A stretch of DNA of 64,000 nt from Alphaproteobacteria bacterium MarineAlpha5_Bin12 (GTDB lineage Bacteria; Pseudomonadota; Alphaproteobacteria; HIMB59; GCA-002718135): positions 5,362 to 69,361 of the forward strand of contig PTKS01000009.1 in assembly GCA_002937855.1 (NCBI GenBank), in the 5' to 3' direction. Position 1 is the stretch's first letter, and each line of letters begins with the position of its first letter. Of this stretch, positions 1 to 9,481 are shown in pieces. A program made the translations under genes and the position numbers. The notes beneath the pieces were generated by a model. It was not told the origin of the DNA and did not search any database. It saw only the letters and a list, made by a program, of their open reading frames with translations.

Positions 1-186
1 GTAGTGTTTTTTATATTTTTAGCTATTCTAAATGAAATAATTTGGCGTAACTTTTCAAAGGCCTATGGAAATCAGCCTACTGATGACATATGGATAAATT
101 TTAAAGTCTTTGGCATATTAATTTTAACATTTATTTTTTCTGTAACTCTATATCCAATATTAAAAAAATATTATAAAAAAAGTTAA
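1..186 (+). CDS. yciB: C-terminal fragment of intracellular septation protein A (YciB/IspZ family); 5-prime end lies outside the window
   Basis: Frame 1 is open from base 1. The tail DIWINFKVFGILILTFIFS resembles the conserved NIWVNFKVFG C-terminal region of YciB as I recall it. Confidence 0.65.
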   Translation, partial: VVFFIFLAILNEIIWRNFSKAYGNQPTDDIWINFKVFGILILTFIFSVTLYPILKKYYKKS

Positions 187-1391
187 TTGTGCTTTAAAGA
201 ATAAATTCCTGGAAGCTCCTTTCCTTCAAGCCATTCAAGAAAAGCTCCACCAGAAGTAGAAACATATGTAAAATCTTCAATAACCCCTAAATTGTTAATT
301 GAAGAAACTGTATCACCACCACCTATAACCACATTGATTTGTTTTTTCTTTGAAATAAGAGATAAATTTGTAGAAATAATTTTCGTGGAATTATCAAAAG
401 GTTTATATTCGAATGCCCCTAGTGGACCATTCCATAATACTGTTTTTACTTCTGAGAATAATTTTATAATTTCTGCACAGGATTGAGATCCTATATCAAA
501 AGCTTGATGATTTTTTTTAATTTTTTCAACCAATGTTTCATTTACAGAATTCTTATCACCTAAACTTTTAGAGGTTATTACATCAGTTGGTAAAATTATT
601 CTACAACCACTTTCTAATGCATTATTTTCTATATTTTTTATCAAATTAAAATATTTTTCTTCAACTTTTGATAATCCAACATCTATTGATTTTGATGCTA
701 AAAAGGTATTGGCCATACCACCCGCTATTACTAGGTAATCAAGTTTTTTAACCAAATTTTCTAAAATTGTAATTTTTGTTGAAACCTTTGAACCTCCAAT
801 TATTGCTAATGCAGGTTTATTAGATTTATTTAATATACTATTTAGTGCGTTAATTTCTTTTTCAAACATTAAGCCTGCATAGGAAGGTAAAAATTTTGTA
901 ATACCAACTATTGATGCATGGGATCTATGAGATGCTGAAAACGCGTCATTAATGTAGACGTCAAAGTTGTAAGAAAATTTTTCTGCAAAACTTTCTATAT
1001 TTTTTTCTTCTTCTTTATGAAATCGAATATTCTCTAATAAACATACTTCACCGGTATGCATTAATTTAATTGTATCTTCTATTTCTTTACCAAAATAATC
1101 TTTTACGAAATATAGTTTATTAAGTTTGAGGGAATTTTGAATTTCATTTATAATATTCTGAAGAGAAAGTTCTTTTTTAAAAACGCCTCTGGGTCGACCA
1201 AAGTGAGATAATAAAAATATTTTATTTTTATTCTTTATAAGATTTAATAAGGTTTCTCTAAGTGAATAAATTTTTGTAAAATCTGATATTTTACCTTTAA
1301 CGACTGGTACATTTAAATCTACTCTAACCAAAACATTCTTTTTAAAAATTTTTGTATTTTTTTGGAATTTTATTTCTAATGCTTTATCCAC
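183..1391 (-). CDS. pgk: Phosphoglycerate kinase
   Basis: 402 aa. Motifs RVDLNVP, SHFGRP and C-terminal GGGDT plus the two-domain length are typical of PGK. Confidence 0.95.
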   Translation of the reverse strand: MDKALEIKFQKNTKIFKKNVLVRVDLNVPVVKGKISDFTKIYSLRETLLNLIKNKNKIFLLSHFGRPRGVFKKELSLQNIINEIQNSLKLNKLYFVKDYFGKEIEDTIKLMHTGEVCLLENIRFHKEEEKNIESFAEKFSYNFDVYINDAFSASHRSHASIVGITKFLPSYAGLMFEKEINALNSILNKSNKPALAIIGGSKVSTKITILENLVKKLDYLVIAGGMANTFLASKSIDVGLSKVEEKYFNLIKNIENNALESGCRIILPTDVITSKSLGDKNSVNETLVEKIKKNHQAFDIGSQSCAEIIKLFSEVKTVLWNGPLGAFEYKPFDNSTKIISTNLSLISKKKQINVVIGGGDTVSSINNLGVIEDFTYVSTSGGAFLEWLEGKELPGIYSLKHN

Positions 1392-1525
1392 AAATTTTTT
1401 TTAATGAAAAAACCTTTTATTTCCTAGGTTTTTTTAAAAAAATACACAAATATCTGAATTTCTACTATTAATTTAGCATATATAGTATATAAAATAGACC
1501 CCAACACTATATGTAGGATATATTT

Positions 1526-2008
1526 ATGTCATGGACTGAAGAAAAGGTGTCTCAATTAAGAGAATTATGGGATCAAGGACTACCAACATCTCAAATAGGT
1601 AAAATACTAGATTTTTCTAAAAATGCTGTTGTGGGCAAAGCTCACAGAATTGGACTAGAAAGAAGACCTTCTCCAATTAAAAGAAGCATAATGAAGCCTG
1701 ATAGAAAAAAAGCGAGAGCTCCGTTGATGCCAAATTTGAGTATAAATTTGAAATCGGATAAGAGCTTTGAACAAAAAGATAATTCGAACGAAAACGCCTC
1801 ATTAACCACTAAAGATAAATTTATTGGTAATAACGTTATTGCAAATAATAAAAATTCAGGATGTGAATGGCCAGTGGGTCATCCAAATGAAATAGATTTT
1901 AGTTATTGTGGTGAAAAAAAATTGGAAGGAAAACCCTACTGTTTAAAGCATTGCTCAAAAGCATACATTGTTGCTGATAAAATCAAAAAGGAAGATGCAG
2001 CAGCATAA
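1526..2008 (+). CDS. gcrA: GcrA cell-cycle transcriptional regulator
   Basis: 160 aa. N-terminal MSWTEEKVSQLRELWDQGLPTSQIGK..AVVGKAHRIGL and C-terminal CEWPVGHP..PYCLKH match the alphaproteobacterial GcrA family. Confidence 0.9.
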   Translation: MSWTEEKVSQLRELWDQGLPTSQIGKILDFSKNAVVGKAHRIGLERRPSPIKRSIMKPDRKKARAPLMPNLSINLKSDKSFEQKDNSNENASLTTKDKFIGNNVIANNKNSGCEWPVGHPNEIDFSYCGEKKLEGKPYCLKHCSKAYIVADKIKKEDAAA

Positions 2009-2042
2009 AAGTGAATTATAATTTTTGTAATTACAAATTACT

Positions 2043-2492
2043 ATGTCAGTTCGACGTATTTGCTTTAAAACAAATTTTGGATTTATATCCATAAAAGAAG
2101 AAAATGAAAAAGTAATTTCAATTAATTTTAAAAAATCAAATAATTTATCTCCCAACAAACTTTTATTTAGATTAAGAAAAAATATTAATGAATTTTTTAA
2201 AAAGAATATAAAAAATATTAAATGTCCAACAAGAATTATTGGAAATAAAAATCAAAAAAAAGTATGGCATGAAATAAAGAAAATTAAATATGGCAAAACC
2301 AAATCATATAAACAAATAGCAAAAAAAGTAAAATTACACCCAAGATATGTAGGAAAAATTTGTAGTCAGAATAAGTTACTCTTAATAATTCCTTGTCATA
2401 GGGTAATTAGAACAGATGGAACACTAGGAGGATTCTCAGCAAATGGTGGTTTAAAGCTTAAAAGAAAACTAATTCAATTTGAAAAAATTTAA
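2043..2492 (+). CDS. ogt: Methylated-DNA--protein-cysteine methyltransferase
   Basis: 149 aa with the active-site motif IIPCHRVI (PCHR) followed by GGF. Confidence 0.85.
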   Translation: MSVRRICFKTNFGFISIKEENEKVISINFKKSNNLSPNKLLFRLRKNINEFFKKNIKNIKCPTRIIGNKNQKKVWHEIKKIKYGKTKSYKQIAKKVKLHPRYVGKICSQNKLLLIIPCHRVIRTDGTLGGFSANGGLKLKRKLIQFEKI

Positions 2493-2618
2493 TATCAAAT
2501 TTAATATATTAAGAATTTTTTTCTAAATTTTTAATTTTTTAAAAAAAAAATAGAAAAAGATTTTAAAAAATCTTGTTTTAAAGAATATTTTTCTTTACTA
2601 TAATAAAAATAAATCAAA

Positions 2619-3680
2619 ATGAGAAAAAAAAGAAACTTATTAAACCGATTAGACGATGGTCCAGTTATTTGTGCTGAGGGATTTCTTTTTGAAATAGAAA
2701 AAAGGGGATATATGGCTTCAGGTGAATTTGTCCCTATGGTTTCATTAGATCATCCTGAAGTTCTAGAAAATTTACACAAGGAATTTCAACATGCAGGCTC
2801 AGATATAGTTCAAGCATTTACATATAATGGTCACAGAGAGAAAATGAAAGTAATAGGAAAGGAAGAACTTCTGGAGCCATTAAATAGATCTGCTTTACAA
2901 ATTGCAAAAAAAGTTGCTGAGAACAATGATGATGGTGAGCCTAATTTAATGGCAGGAAATATTTCAAATTCAAATATTTGGAAACAAGGAGATAAAAATT
3001 CACAATTAGAAGTTGAAAAAATGTTCAATGAAATGGTTGGTTGGGCAGTTGATGAAGGTGCAGATATGTTAATTGGTGAAACTTTTTATTATGCTGAAGA
3101 AGCTTATATGGCTTTGAAAGTTATGAAACAAACTAAACTTCCATCAGTAATTACTATTGCTCCATATGGACAAAATATAATGAGAGACAATATTTCTATA
3201 GTTGATACATGTAAAGAATTGGAACAGCAAGGCGGTGATGTAGTGGGAATGAATTGTCACCGGGGTCCAAATACAATGATGCCCTACCTCAAAGAAATTC
3301 GTAAAATATTAAAATGTCATATGGCTGGTTTACCTATTAACTTTAGAACAACAGAAAAGAGTCCAACTTTTTTTAATTTGCCTGACCATAATGGCTGTAC
3401 ACACCACACTCCTCATACAACTACATTTCCAACAGCATTGGATCCAATGCAGTGTAATAGATATGAAATTAAGCATTTTGCAGAAGAAGCGTATGCGATA
3501 GGTATAAATTATCTTGGGGTTTGCTGCGGTGCTAATCCAATGCTAATCAGGGAAGTTGCTGAGGCTGTGGGATTAAAAGTTCCTGCTAGTAAATATAGAG
3601 AAAATATGGAAAACCATTATATGTACGGAAAAAATAAAAGAATACCTGAACATATAAAAGCTTATGGTGATAAAGCTTAA
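2619..3680 (+). CDS. bhmT: Homocysteine S-methyltransferase family enzyme, probably betaine-homocysteine S-methyltransferase
   Basis: 353 aa. Pattern GSDIVQAFTY, GADMLIGETF, GMNC, GVCCGA (Cys-rich zinc-site pattern of the family). It sits next to a betaine transporter. Confidence 0.7.
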   Translation: MRKKRNLLNRLDDGPVICAEGFLFEIEKRGYMASGEFVPMVSLDHPEVLENLHKEFQHAGSDIVQAFTYNGHREKMKVIGKEELLEPLNRSALQIAKKVAENNDDGEPNLMAGNISNSNIWKQGDKNSQLEVEKMFNEMVGWAVDEGADMLIGETFYYAEEAYMALKVMKQTKLPSVITIAPYGQNIMRDNISIVDTCKELEQQGGDVVGMNCHRGPNTMMPYLKEIRKILKCHMAGLPINFRTTEKSPTFFNLPDHNGCTHHTPHTTTFPTALDPMQCNRYEIKHFAEEAYAIGINYLGVCCGANPMLIREVAEAVGLKVPASKYRENMENHYMYGKNKRIPEHIKAYGDKA

Positions 3681-3686
3681 AAAAGG

Positions 3687-4574
3687 CTAATTTTTATCTA
3701 TTTTTTTAAAAGAATCATTAAATTTTTTTAAATTTTCTTCTGTGTATTTATTGTAGTCAAAATCAATTTTTGAAGTTATTTCTGATACCATACTCCACAT
3801 TGTTTCTCTTAATAAAGAAGCACATTTCATTGCATTGTATTTGAGGATTAATTGGTCATCAGTTTTTTTATTAAAATAATTTTCTAATAAATATATTTCT
3901 TCTTTATCTGAAAAGTCATTATTTGAAGCTAGCCCTCCTAAATCAAATAGCGGACTATTAAATCCTGAATATTCCCAATCAATTAACCATAACTTTGAAC
4001 CATCATCTAGTATATTAGCAGGTAATAAATCGTTATGTCCAAATACAATTTGATAAGGCGAGGAATTATTCTCTAATTTAGAACAATTCCCCAAAAGTTG
4101 ATCGAGGATTGGGGAATGTCTACTATCATTATTTCTTAAAAATTGTGCGTAATTTTTTATAACATGAAAAACCCAAAAAATCATTGCCGGCCCAAAGATT
4201 TTTTTTGGAATTTCATAATGTACTTTTTTTAAAAGAAAAATTATTTTATCTATATTGTTTCTTACATCTACTGGAGAAAATGTTTTACTTTTTATATATT
4301 CCAAAACTAAAACACCTTCTTTATGATAAATTACTTTTGGGCTTATTCCGACATCATAAGCTGCTTTACTAGATATTAATTCGTTTGATCTTAATACATG
4401 ATGTTCTAATATATCTTTACCTAACCTAACAACCACTTTTGTACCACCATCCTTTACCAAAAAATTTTGATTGGTGATTCCTCCATCCAAATTAGATATC
4501 TCTATTTTATTTTTCCATATTGGAAGAGATAATATCTCTTTTTCAATTCCTTTAAAATCTGATGTCGTGTTCAT
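3687..4574 (-). CDS. Choline/ethanolamine kinase-family (APH-fold) small-molecule kinase
   Basis: 295 aa. Brenner-type HNDLLPANIL and LIDWEYSGFNSPLFDLG motifs. The start lies 1 nt after the stop of the upstream permease gene. Confidence 0.7.
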   Translation of the reverse strand: MNTTSDFKGIEKEILSLPIWKNKIEISNLDGGITNQNFLVKDGGTKVVVRLGKDILEHHVLRSNELISSKAAYDVGISPKVIYHKEGVLVLEYIKSKTFSPVDVRNNIDKIIFLLKKVHYEIPKKIFGPAMIFWVFHVIKNYAQFLRNNDSRHSPILDQLLGNCSKLENNSSPYQIVFGHNDLLPANILDDGSKLWLIDWEYSGFNSPLFDLGGLASNNDFSDKEEIYLLENYFNKKTDDQLILKYNAMKCASLLRETMWSMVSEITSKIDFDYNKYTEENLKKFNDSFKKIDKN

Positions 4575-4575
4575 A

Positions 4576-6567
4576 TTAAATCATACCATACTTATCTTTT
4601 AATTTATTACTTCCTGATTTAATTATTCTATCAGCAATAATAGAAATAAATGCTACGCATAGACCAGAAACTAAACCCCTACCAATATCAGCTTTAGTTA
4701 AAGCAATATATACTTCTTGTCCCAAATCTCTTGTACCAACAAGTGCTGTAATTACCAGCATAGATAATGCAAGCATAATAGTTTGATTAATTCCTAACAA
4801 TATTTCTGGTAGAGCTAATGGTAATTTTATTTTAAACAGTAGTTGTCTTGGAGAACAGCCACAAATTAGAGCTGCTTCTACAATTTGATTGTTAATATTT
4901 TTTATCCCATGCGCAGTATATCTTACTGCAGGGGCTAGAGCATATAATATTACTGCAAGCATTGCAGTAAAATCTCCAACTCTAAATAACATTACAACTG
5001 GAATAAGATACACAAAACTTGGTAATGTTTGAAGTGTATCAATAAATACGGTGAGAGCTTTATTTGCTCTAGCGTTTACACCTGCCCATACTCCGAGAGG
5101 TATACCGATCATCGAAGCAATTAAAACACTTGAACCACAAAGATATAAAGTGATCATCGCCTTTTCCCATAAGCCTGTAACAACAATAAATAAAGATAAT
5201 ACTAGGCATAAAAAGGCTAGTCTTAATTTTCCAAAATACCACCCTGTAATAGTTAAGATTGTTATAAACCATGGCCATGGAATTCCAAGAAAGAACCTTT
5301 TTATTGGTAACATAAAATAAGTTAATAAAGTTACTTTAAAAGATTCTAAATTATCATAATAATTTATATTTATATATTTTACTAATTCTTCCCAAAATAA
5401 TGAGGTATTGAAAACTAAGTTTTCTGGAAAATTTTTTATTAATGGTAGAAAAGGACTAAGTAAATAAATTACAATTATAAATATAAACAAAGTAATTATA
5501 TTAAAATTTTTTTTAAAAAAAGAAATATTTTTTTTTCTTTTTCTTGCTGGTATGTTTACAAAAGCCTGACTTAATCTATCTAAAGCTATAGCTAAAACTA
5601 CTATCGCAACACCTGTTTCAAAACCTACTCCAATGTTTAGTCTTCTTAAAGATGCAAGAACATCATATCCCAAACCTCCAGCACCTATCATTGAAGCTAT
5701 AATAACCATATTTAAAGAAAGCATTATAACTTGATTTACACCTACCATAAGGGTCGGTTTAGATACTGGTACTAAAACTTTCCATAACAACTGTCTTTCA
5801 GTACACCCAGACATTAGTCCACATTCTTTTATTTGAGGATCAATACTTTTTAATGCTAACAATGTTGTTCGAACCATTGGAGGCATAGAATAAATTATTG
5901 TTGCTATCAGTGCTGAAACAGGTCCGAAGCCGAACATAACTAATATAGGAACTAAATAAGCAAAAACTGGTACTGTTTGCATTAAATCAAGTATTGGGGA
6001 TATAATTCTTTCTAAGATCTCTGACTTATATGACAATATTCCTAATATAAGTCCAATTATTACTCCAACAGGAACTGCTATAATTATAGAAGATAGAGTA
6101 ACCATTGAACTTTCCCACTGTCCAAATATTACTAAATAAAAAAAAGCAAAGGCTACTAAAGCAACAAGTATTTTATCTTTTGTGTACAATGCCATAGATA
6201 CAATTATTGTAATTACTGAAATCCAACTAAGGGGAGGTAATATTTCTACTGCATCTTGACCTTGTCCTTGTAAAAAACCTTTTGAAATCAATGCTAAAAT
6301 CAAATTATATGGTTGTTGTATTAACCAAGCAATAAAACGAGTTAAATCTCTAAAGGAAAAAATTCCAAAAGTAGCTTCATCCATTAACCACTTTACAAAT
6401 AGGCTTGTATATTTTGATATTGGAAAAATATAATGTTTTGGATATTTAATAATCCATTTAGCATCAAAGTATGAAGCTATTTCCTTTCCATAAAAATATA
6501 AAATAAAGGTAATTATAAATAGTAAAAAAAATGTGATTTTTTTGTTATTTTGAATATTGCTTATCAT
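4576..6567 (-). CDS. proW: Glycine betaine/proline ABC transporter permease with two tandem ProW-like domains in one polypeptide
   Basis: 663 aa. Two homologous halves each carry the permease loop (LMQTVPVFAYLVPIL..MSGCTERQLLWKVLVP and LQTLPSFVYLIPVV..ICGCSPRQLLFKIKLP). Confidence 0.85.
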   Translation of the reverse strand: MISNIQNNKKITFFLLFIITFILYFYGKEIASYFDAKWIIKYPKHYIFPISKYTSLFVKWLMDEATFGIFSFRDLTRFIAWLIQQPYNLILALISKGFLQGQGQDAVEILPPLSWISVITIIVSMALYTKDKILVALVAFAFFYLVIFGQWESSMVTLSSIIIAVPVGVIIGLILGILSYKSEILERIISPILDLMQTVPVFAYLVPILVMFGFGPVSALIATIIYSMPPMVRTTLLALKSIDPQIKECGLMSGCTERQLLWKVLVPVSKPTLMVGVNQVIMLSLNMVIIASMIGAGGLGYDVLASLRRLNIGVGFETGVAIVVLAIALDRLSQAFVNIPARKRKKNISFFKKNFNIITLFIFIIVIYLLSPFLPLIKNFPENLVFNTSLFWEELVKYININYYDNLESFKVTLLTYFMLPIKRFFLGIPWPWFITILTITGWYFGKLRLAFLCLVLSLFIVVTGLWEKAMITLYLCGSSVLIASMIGIPLGVWAGVNARANKALTVFIDTLQTLPSFVYLIPVVMLFRVGDFTAMLAVILYALAPAVRYTAHGIKNINNQIVEAALICGCSPRQLLFKIKLPLALPEILLGINQTIMLALSMLVITALVGTRDLGQEVYIALTKADIGRGLVSGLCVAFISIIADRIIKSGSNKLKDKYGMI

Positions 6568-6579
6568 TCTTAAAATTTA

Positions 6580-6600
6580 TGGGGGATATAAAATCCCCCA
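6580..6600 (-). promoter_or_regulatory. GC-rich 8-bp stem-loop between proX and proW (intercistronic attenuator/stabiliser candidate)
   Basis: tgggggat-ataaa-atccccca is a perfect inverted repeat in an otherwise AT-rich 62-nt spacer. Confidence 0.5.
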
Positions 6601-6629
6601 TTAAATTTAAATATAATTAGATAAAATAA

Positions 6630-7568
6630 TTATTTTATCCACGTACTCCATCTGCCTTCATTGCTAGACATCCAATCTGCAACCACAGCTTCAACTGTAT
6701 TACCATCTAAGTCAACAGATGCAACTAGATTACCCATTTCATTACTATCTAATGTGAAAGCTTCAACTGCATCATAGGCTCCTGGCCATTTGTCTTTCAA
6801 CATACTTGAAGCAACCTTCCAAATAGGGCCTCTTGGTTTTCCGCAATCATACGCAGAATTTTTATTTATACCCCAAGATGGATCAGTATAACATTCTGTT
6901 GTATATGGAGGAAAGTCTACAAACTCACCACTATATTTAGACGGAGCCCAATGTGGAGCGTAAACCCAAAGCATTATAGGAGCCTTTCTTTGGTAAGCAG
7001 ATTCTAATTCTGCAAAAAGTGCAGCATCTGTTCCCGCATGAATAACCTCCCAATCAAGATTTAATGCTTCTACTCTTTCATCATCAAATCCACCCCAAGT
7101 AACTGGGCCTCCTAAGTATCTACCTTTTGGAGAAGTTTCTGGAGTTGCAAAAGCTTCTGCACAATCATTTAATGCTTCCCAGTTAGGTAAGCCAGGACAT
7201 TTTTCTTTCATATAAGTAGGATACCACCATTCTTCTATTGCATCCATTCCTGTGCTTCCGACATTAACTACTCGACCATCAGCAGTATATTCATCAATTG
7301 CGTCCCTTCCAGTAGTTTCCCACATTTCCATTGCAACATGAAGATCTCCAGTTTGAAGACCAGCAAATTGTGCAATATAATCTGCAGGCACAAGCTCTAC
7401 ATTATAACCAGCTTTTTTTAAAACTTCAGCCATAATATTAGTTGTAATTAATTGGCCTGTCCAATCATGTAATGTAAGTTTTATTGGATCTTTTGATTCA
7501 ACTGCTGATAAGCTGCTTGAAAAACCAATAAAAAAAATACTAAAAAAAATAGCAAAAAAATTCTTCAT
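6630..7568 (-). CDS. proX: Glycine betaine-binding periplasmic protein
   Basis: Signal peptide MKNFFAIFFSIFFIGFSSSLSA and a Trp-rich OpuAC-like body (HDWTGQ, MEMWE, WWYP). Start placed at 7568 because AGGAGG lies 5 nt upstream. The ORF track starts it 7 codons earlier. Confidence 0.85.
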   Translation of the reverse strand: MKNFFAIFFSIFFIGFSSSLSAVESKDPIKLTLHDWTGQLITTNIMAEVLKKAGYNVELVPADYIAQFAGLQTGDLHVAMEMWETTGRDAIDEYTADGRVVNVGSTGMDAIEEWWYPTYMKEKCPGLPNWEALNDCAEAFATPETSPKGRYLGGPVTWGGFDDERVEALNLDWEVIHAGTDAALFAELESAYQRKAPIMLWVYAPHWAPSKYSGEFVDFPPYTTECYTDPSWGINKNSAYDCGKPRGPIWKVASSMLKDKWPGAYDAVEAFTLDSNEMGNLVASVDLDGNTVEAVVADWMSSNEGRWSTWIK

Positions 7569-7703
7569 AATTTCCTCCTTTGAATTCATTTATGTATTTT
7601 AAATTTTAAAGATATAAATTAGCTAATTACTGATTGAATGTCTATTCAATTATTTTTGATTAATATTAAAAAATCAAAGGAAATCAAGGCTTTTCAATTA
7701 TAT

Positions 7704-8714
7704 TTAGTTGTAAAGAAACCTTGAAACAGTTTCTTTATCTATTGATCCCACAGTTTTATTATTATTATCTATTACTCTAACTATTCCATTAGTTAAAACT
7801 TTTTCAACTATCTTAAAAACTTTTTCATTTTCATACACAGTAACATCATATTTTGAATTTTGATCCTTAGTCATAATACTTTTAACTGACAATAATCTTT
7901 CTCTTGGTAAATCTTCTGTGAATTCTTTTACATACTCATCTGCGGGTTTCATAATTAAATCCTCAGGACTTCCAATTTGTACTATCTTACCTTCATTCAT
8001 AATAATAATCCTATCAGCAAGTCTAATAGCTTCATCAAAATCATGAGTAATAAAAATAATAGTTTTTTTCAATGCACTTTGTATTCTAAGAAATTCATTT
8101 TGCATTTCTTTTCTAATAAGCGGATCCAATGCAGAAAAGGGTTCGTCTAAAAACCATAATTCTGGCTTTACAGCAAGAGAGCGTCCGATACCAACTCTTT
8201 GCTGTTGTCCTCCTGATAATTCTTTTGGAAAATAATTTTCTCTACCTTCTAAGCCTACCAATTCAATTATTTCCATTGCACTTTTTTCTCTTTCATTTCT
8301 CCCTATACCCTGTACCTCTAAAGGAAAGGCGATATTTTCAATTACCGTTCTATGTGGAAATAGAGCAAAGTGTTGAAAAACCATTCCCATTTTATGACGT
8401 CTTATCTCTATCAATTCTTTTTTAGAAATTTCTCCCATATTGATATCTTCAAAAAAAATTTCTCCTATTGTAGGTTCAACTAATCTTGACATACACCTAA
8501 CTAATGTAGACTTACCAGAACCACTAAGACCCATAATAACTAGAATTTCATTTTCAAAAACTTCAACAGAAGCGTCTCTTATTGCTTGGATATATCCTTC
8601 TTTTTTAATTGTATCATCACTTGGATTATTGTTATGCTTTAATAAAAAATCTTTTGGATTGTTACCAAAGAGTTTCCAAACATTTTTACAAATTAGCTTA
8701 GGATTCTTTTTCAT
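7704..8714 (-). CDS. proV: Glycine betaine/proline ABC transporter ATP-binding protein
   Basis: Walker A GLSGSGKST, signature LSGGQQQRV, Walker B WFLDEPFSALD and a C-terminal regulatory tail. Start placed at MKKNPK to avoid overlap with the upstream stop. Confidence 0.9.
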   Translation of the reverse strand: MKKNPKLICKNVWKLFGNNPKDFLLKHNNNPSDDTIKKEGYIQAIRDASVEVFENEILVIMGLSGSGKSTLVRCMSRLVEPTIGEIFFEDINMGEISKKELIEIRRHKMGMVFQHFALFPHRTVIENIAFPLEVQGIGRNEREKSAMEIIELVGLEGRENYFPKELSGGQQQRVGIGRSLAVKPELWFLDEPFSALDPLIRKEMQNEFLRIQSALKKTIIFITHDFDEAIRLADRIIIMNEGKIVQIGSPEDLIMKPADEYVKEFTEDLPRERLLSVKSIMTKDQNSKYDVTVYENEKVFKIVEKVLTNGIVRVIDNNNKTVGSIDKETVSRFLYN

Positions 8715-8716
8715 GA

Positions 8717-9481
8717 TTATCCCTTGGAATACCATCCATTATCAATATAAAGAGCCTGACCATTTACAAATCTAGACTCATCTGATGCTAAAAACAAAAC
8801 AGTTGAAGCCACTTCTTCGGGACTGCAGATTCTTCCCTGAACATTTTTGAGGTCTTCTTCATTCCAATTTTGACCTTGCTCATCTAATTCTTTAATTTCT
8901 CTTAATCCATGATTTGTTTTAACGAAACCTGGGCAAATAGCATTACATCTAATCCCGTTATCCCTGTATTCCACTGCAATGGATCTTGCTAATTGAAGCA
9001 CAGCCCCTTTTGTCATACAATAAAGAGACTCCAGGGCAAATCCTTTTTCTCCACCTATCGAAGAAGTAATTATAATTGAACCGCCTCCACTTTTTAACAT
9101 TATGGGTACAACTTTATTGCATACCAAAAATGCAGATCGCACATTGATATCCATTAAATAGTTGTAATCACTTTCTGTTGAATCATGAAGGGGCTTTACA
9201 ATAATAGTTCCGGCATGATTAAATAAAACATTTATCTCACCAAAAAATTTCACAACTTCATTTATTGAATTATGAACTTCAGATGACTTTGAAACATCTG
9301 TCTTATAAAATACTGCTTTTCCTCCAGATTTAATAATTGCATTTTGTGTTTCTTGACCTTCTTGCTCATTAATATCAAGTATTGCTAAATAAGCACCTTC
9401 ACGAGCAAAGAGTTCAGAGGTTGCTTTACCCATACCTGAAGCACCCCCTGTAATCACAACTTTTTTTCCTTTTAATTTCAT
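8717..9481 (-). CDS. Short-chain dehydrogenase/reductase
   Basis: 254 aa. TGGASGMGKA cofactor motif, NHAG, catalytic YCMTKGAV (YxxxK). Confidence 0.8.
   Translation of the reverse strand: MKLKGKKVVITGGASGMGKATSELFAREGAYLAILDINEQEGQETQNAIIKSGGKAVFYKTDVSKSSEVHNSINEVVKFFGEINVLFNHAGTIIVKPLHDSTESDYNYLMDINVRSAFLVCNKVVPIMLKSGGGSIIITSSIGGEKGFALESLYCMTKGAVLQLARSIAVEYRDNGIRCNAICPGFVKTNHGLREIKELDEQGQNWNEEDLKNVQGRICSPEEVASTVLFLASDESRFVNGQALYIDNGWYSKG

Noticed and set aside
1407-1434. Inverted repeat aaaaaacct...aggtttttt between pgk and gcrA, as a possible terminator.
   Set aside because: Both genes diverge from this spacer, so there is nothing to terminate. The A/T-only stem is weak. It may be promoter-region symmetry, but this is unsupported.
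2493-2618. Possible SAM-II/SAM-V type riboswitch upstream of the bhmT-like gene. SAM riboswitches are known in front of methionine-cycle genes in Pelagibacter.
   Set aside because: The 126-nt spacer is almost pure A/T, with only a short aagatttt/aaaatctt palindrome. I could not find any GC-containing pseudoknot-forming segments, so nothing supports an aptamer call.
5051-5320. Short ORFs antisense to or nested in long genes. Examples from the first third of the window are 292-486, 1955-2158, 2831-3028, 4184-4372, 5051-5320, 5069-5278, 8129-8425, 8440-8775, 9605-9889, 10061-10267, 13942-14169, 14466-14651, 15826-16020, 18835-19234, 20441-20671, 20912-21325 and 21656-21916. Further examples are 24542-24796, 25613-25804, 28316-28736, 28907-29143, 33475-33696, 37518-37790, 40764-40988, 46270-46464, 46780-46989, 49240-49482, 53425-53694, 54836-55030, 56269-56688, 57164-57367, 59688-59882, 60207-60422 and 63494-63697.
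   Set aside because: Each lies fully inside, or largely overlaps, a longer ORF with clear family motifs on another frame or strand. Their sequences are low-complexity shadow translations.
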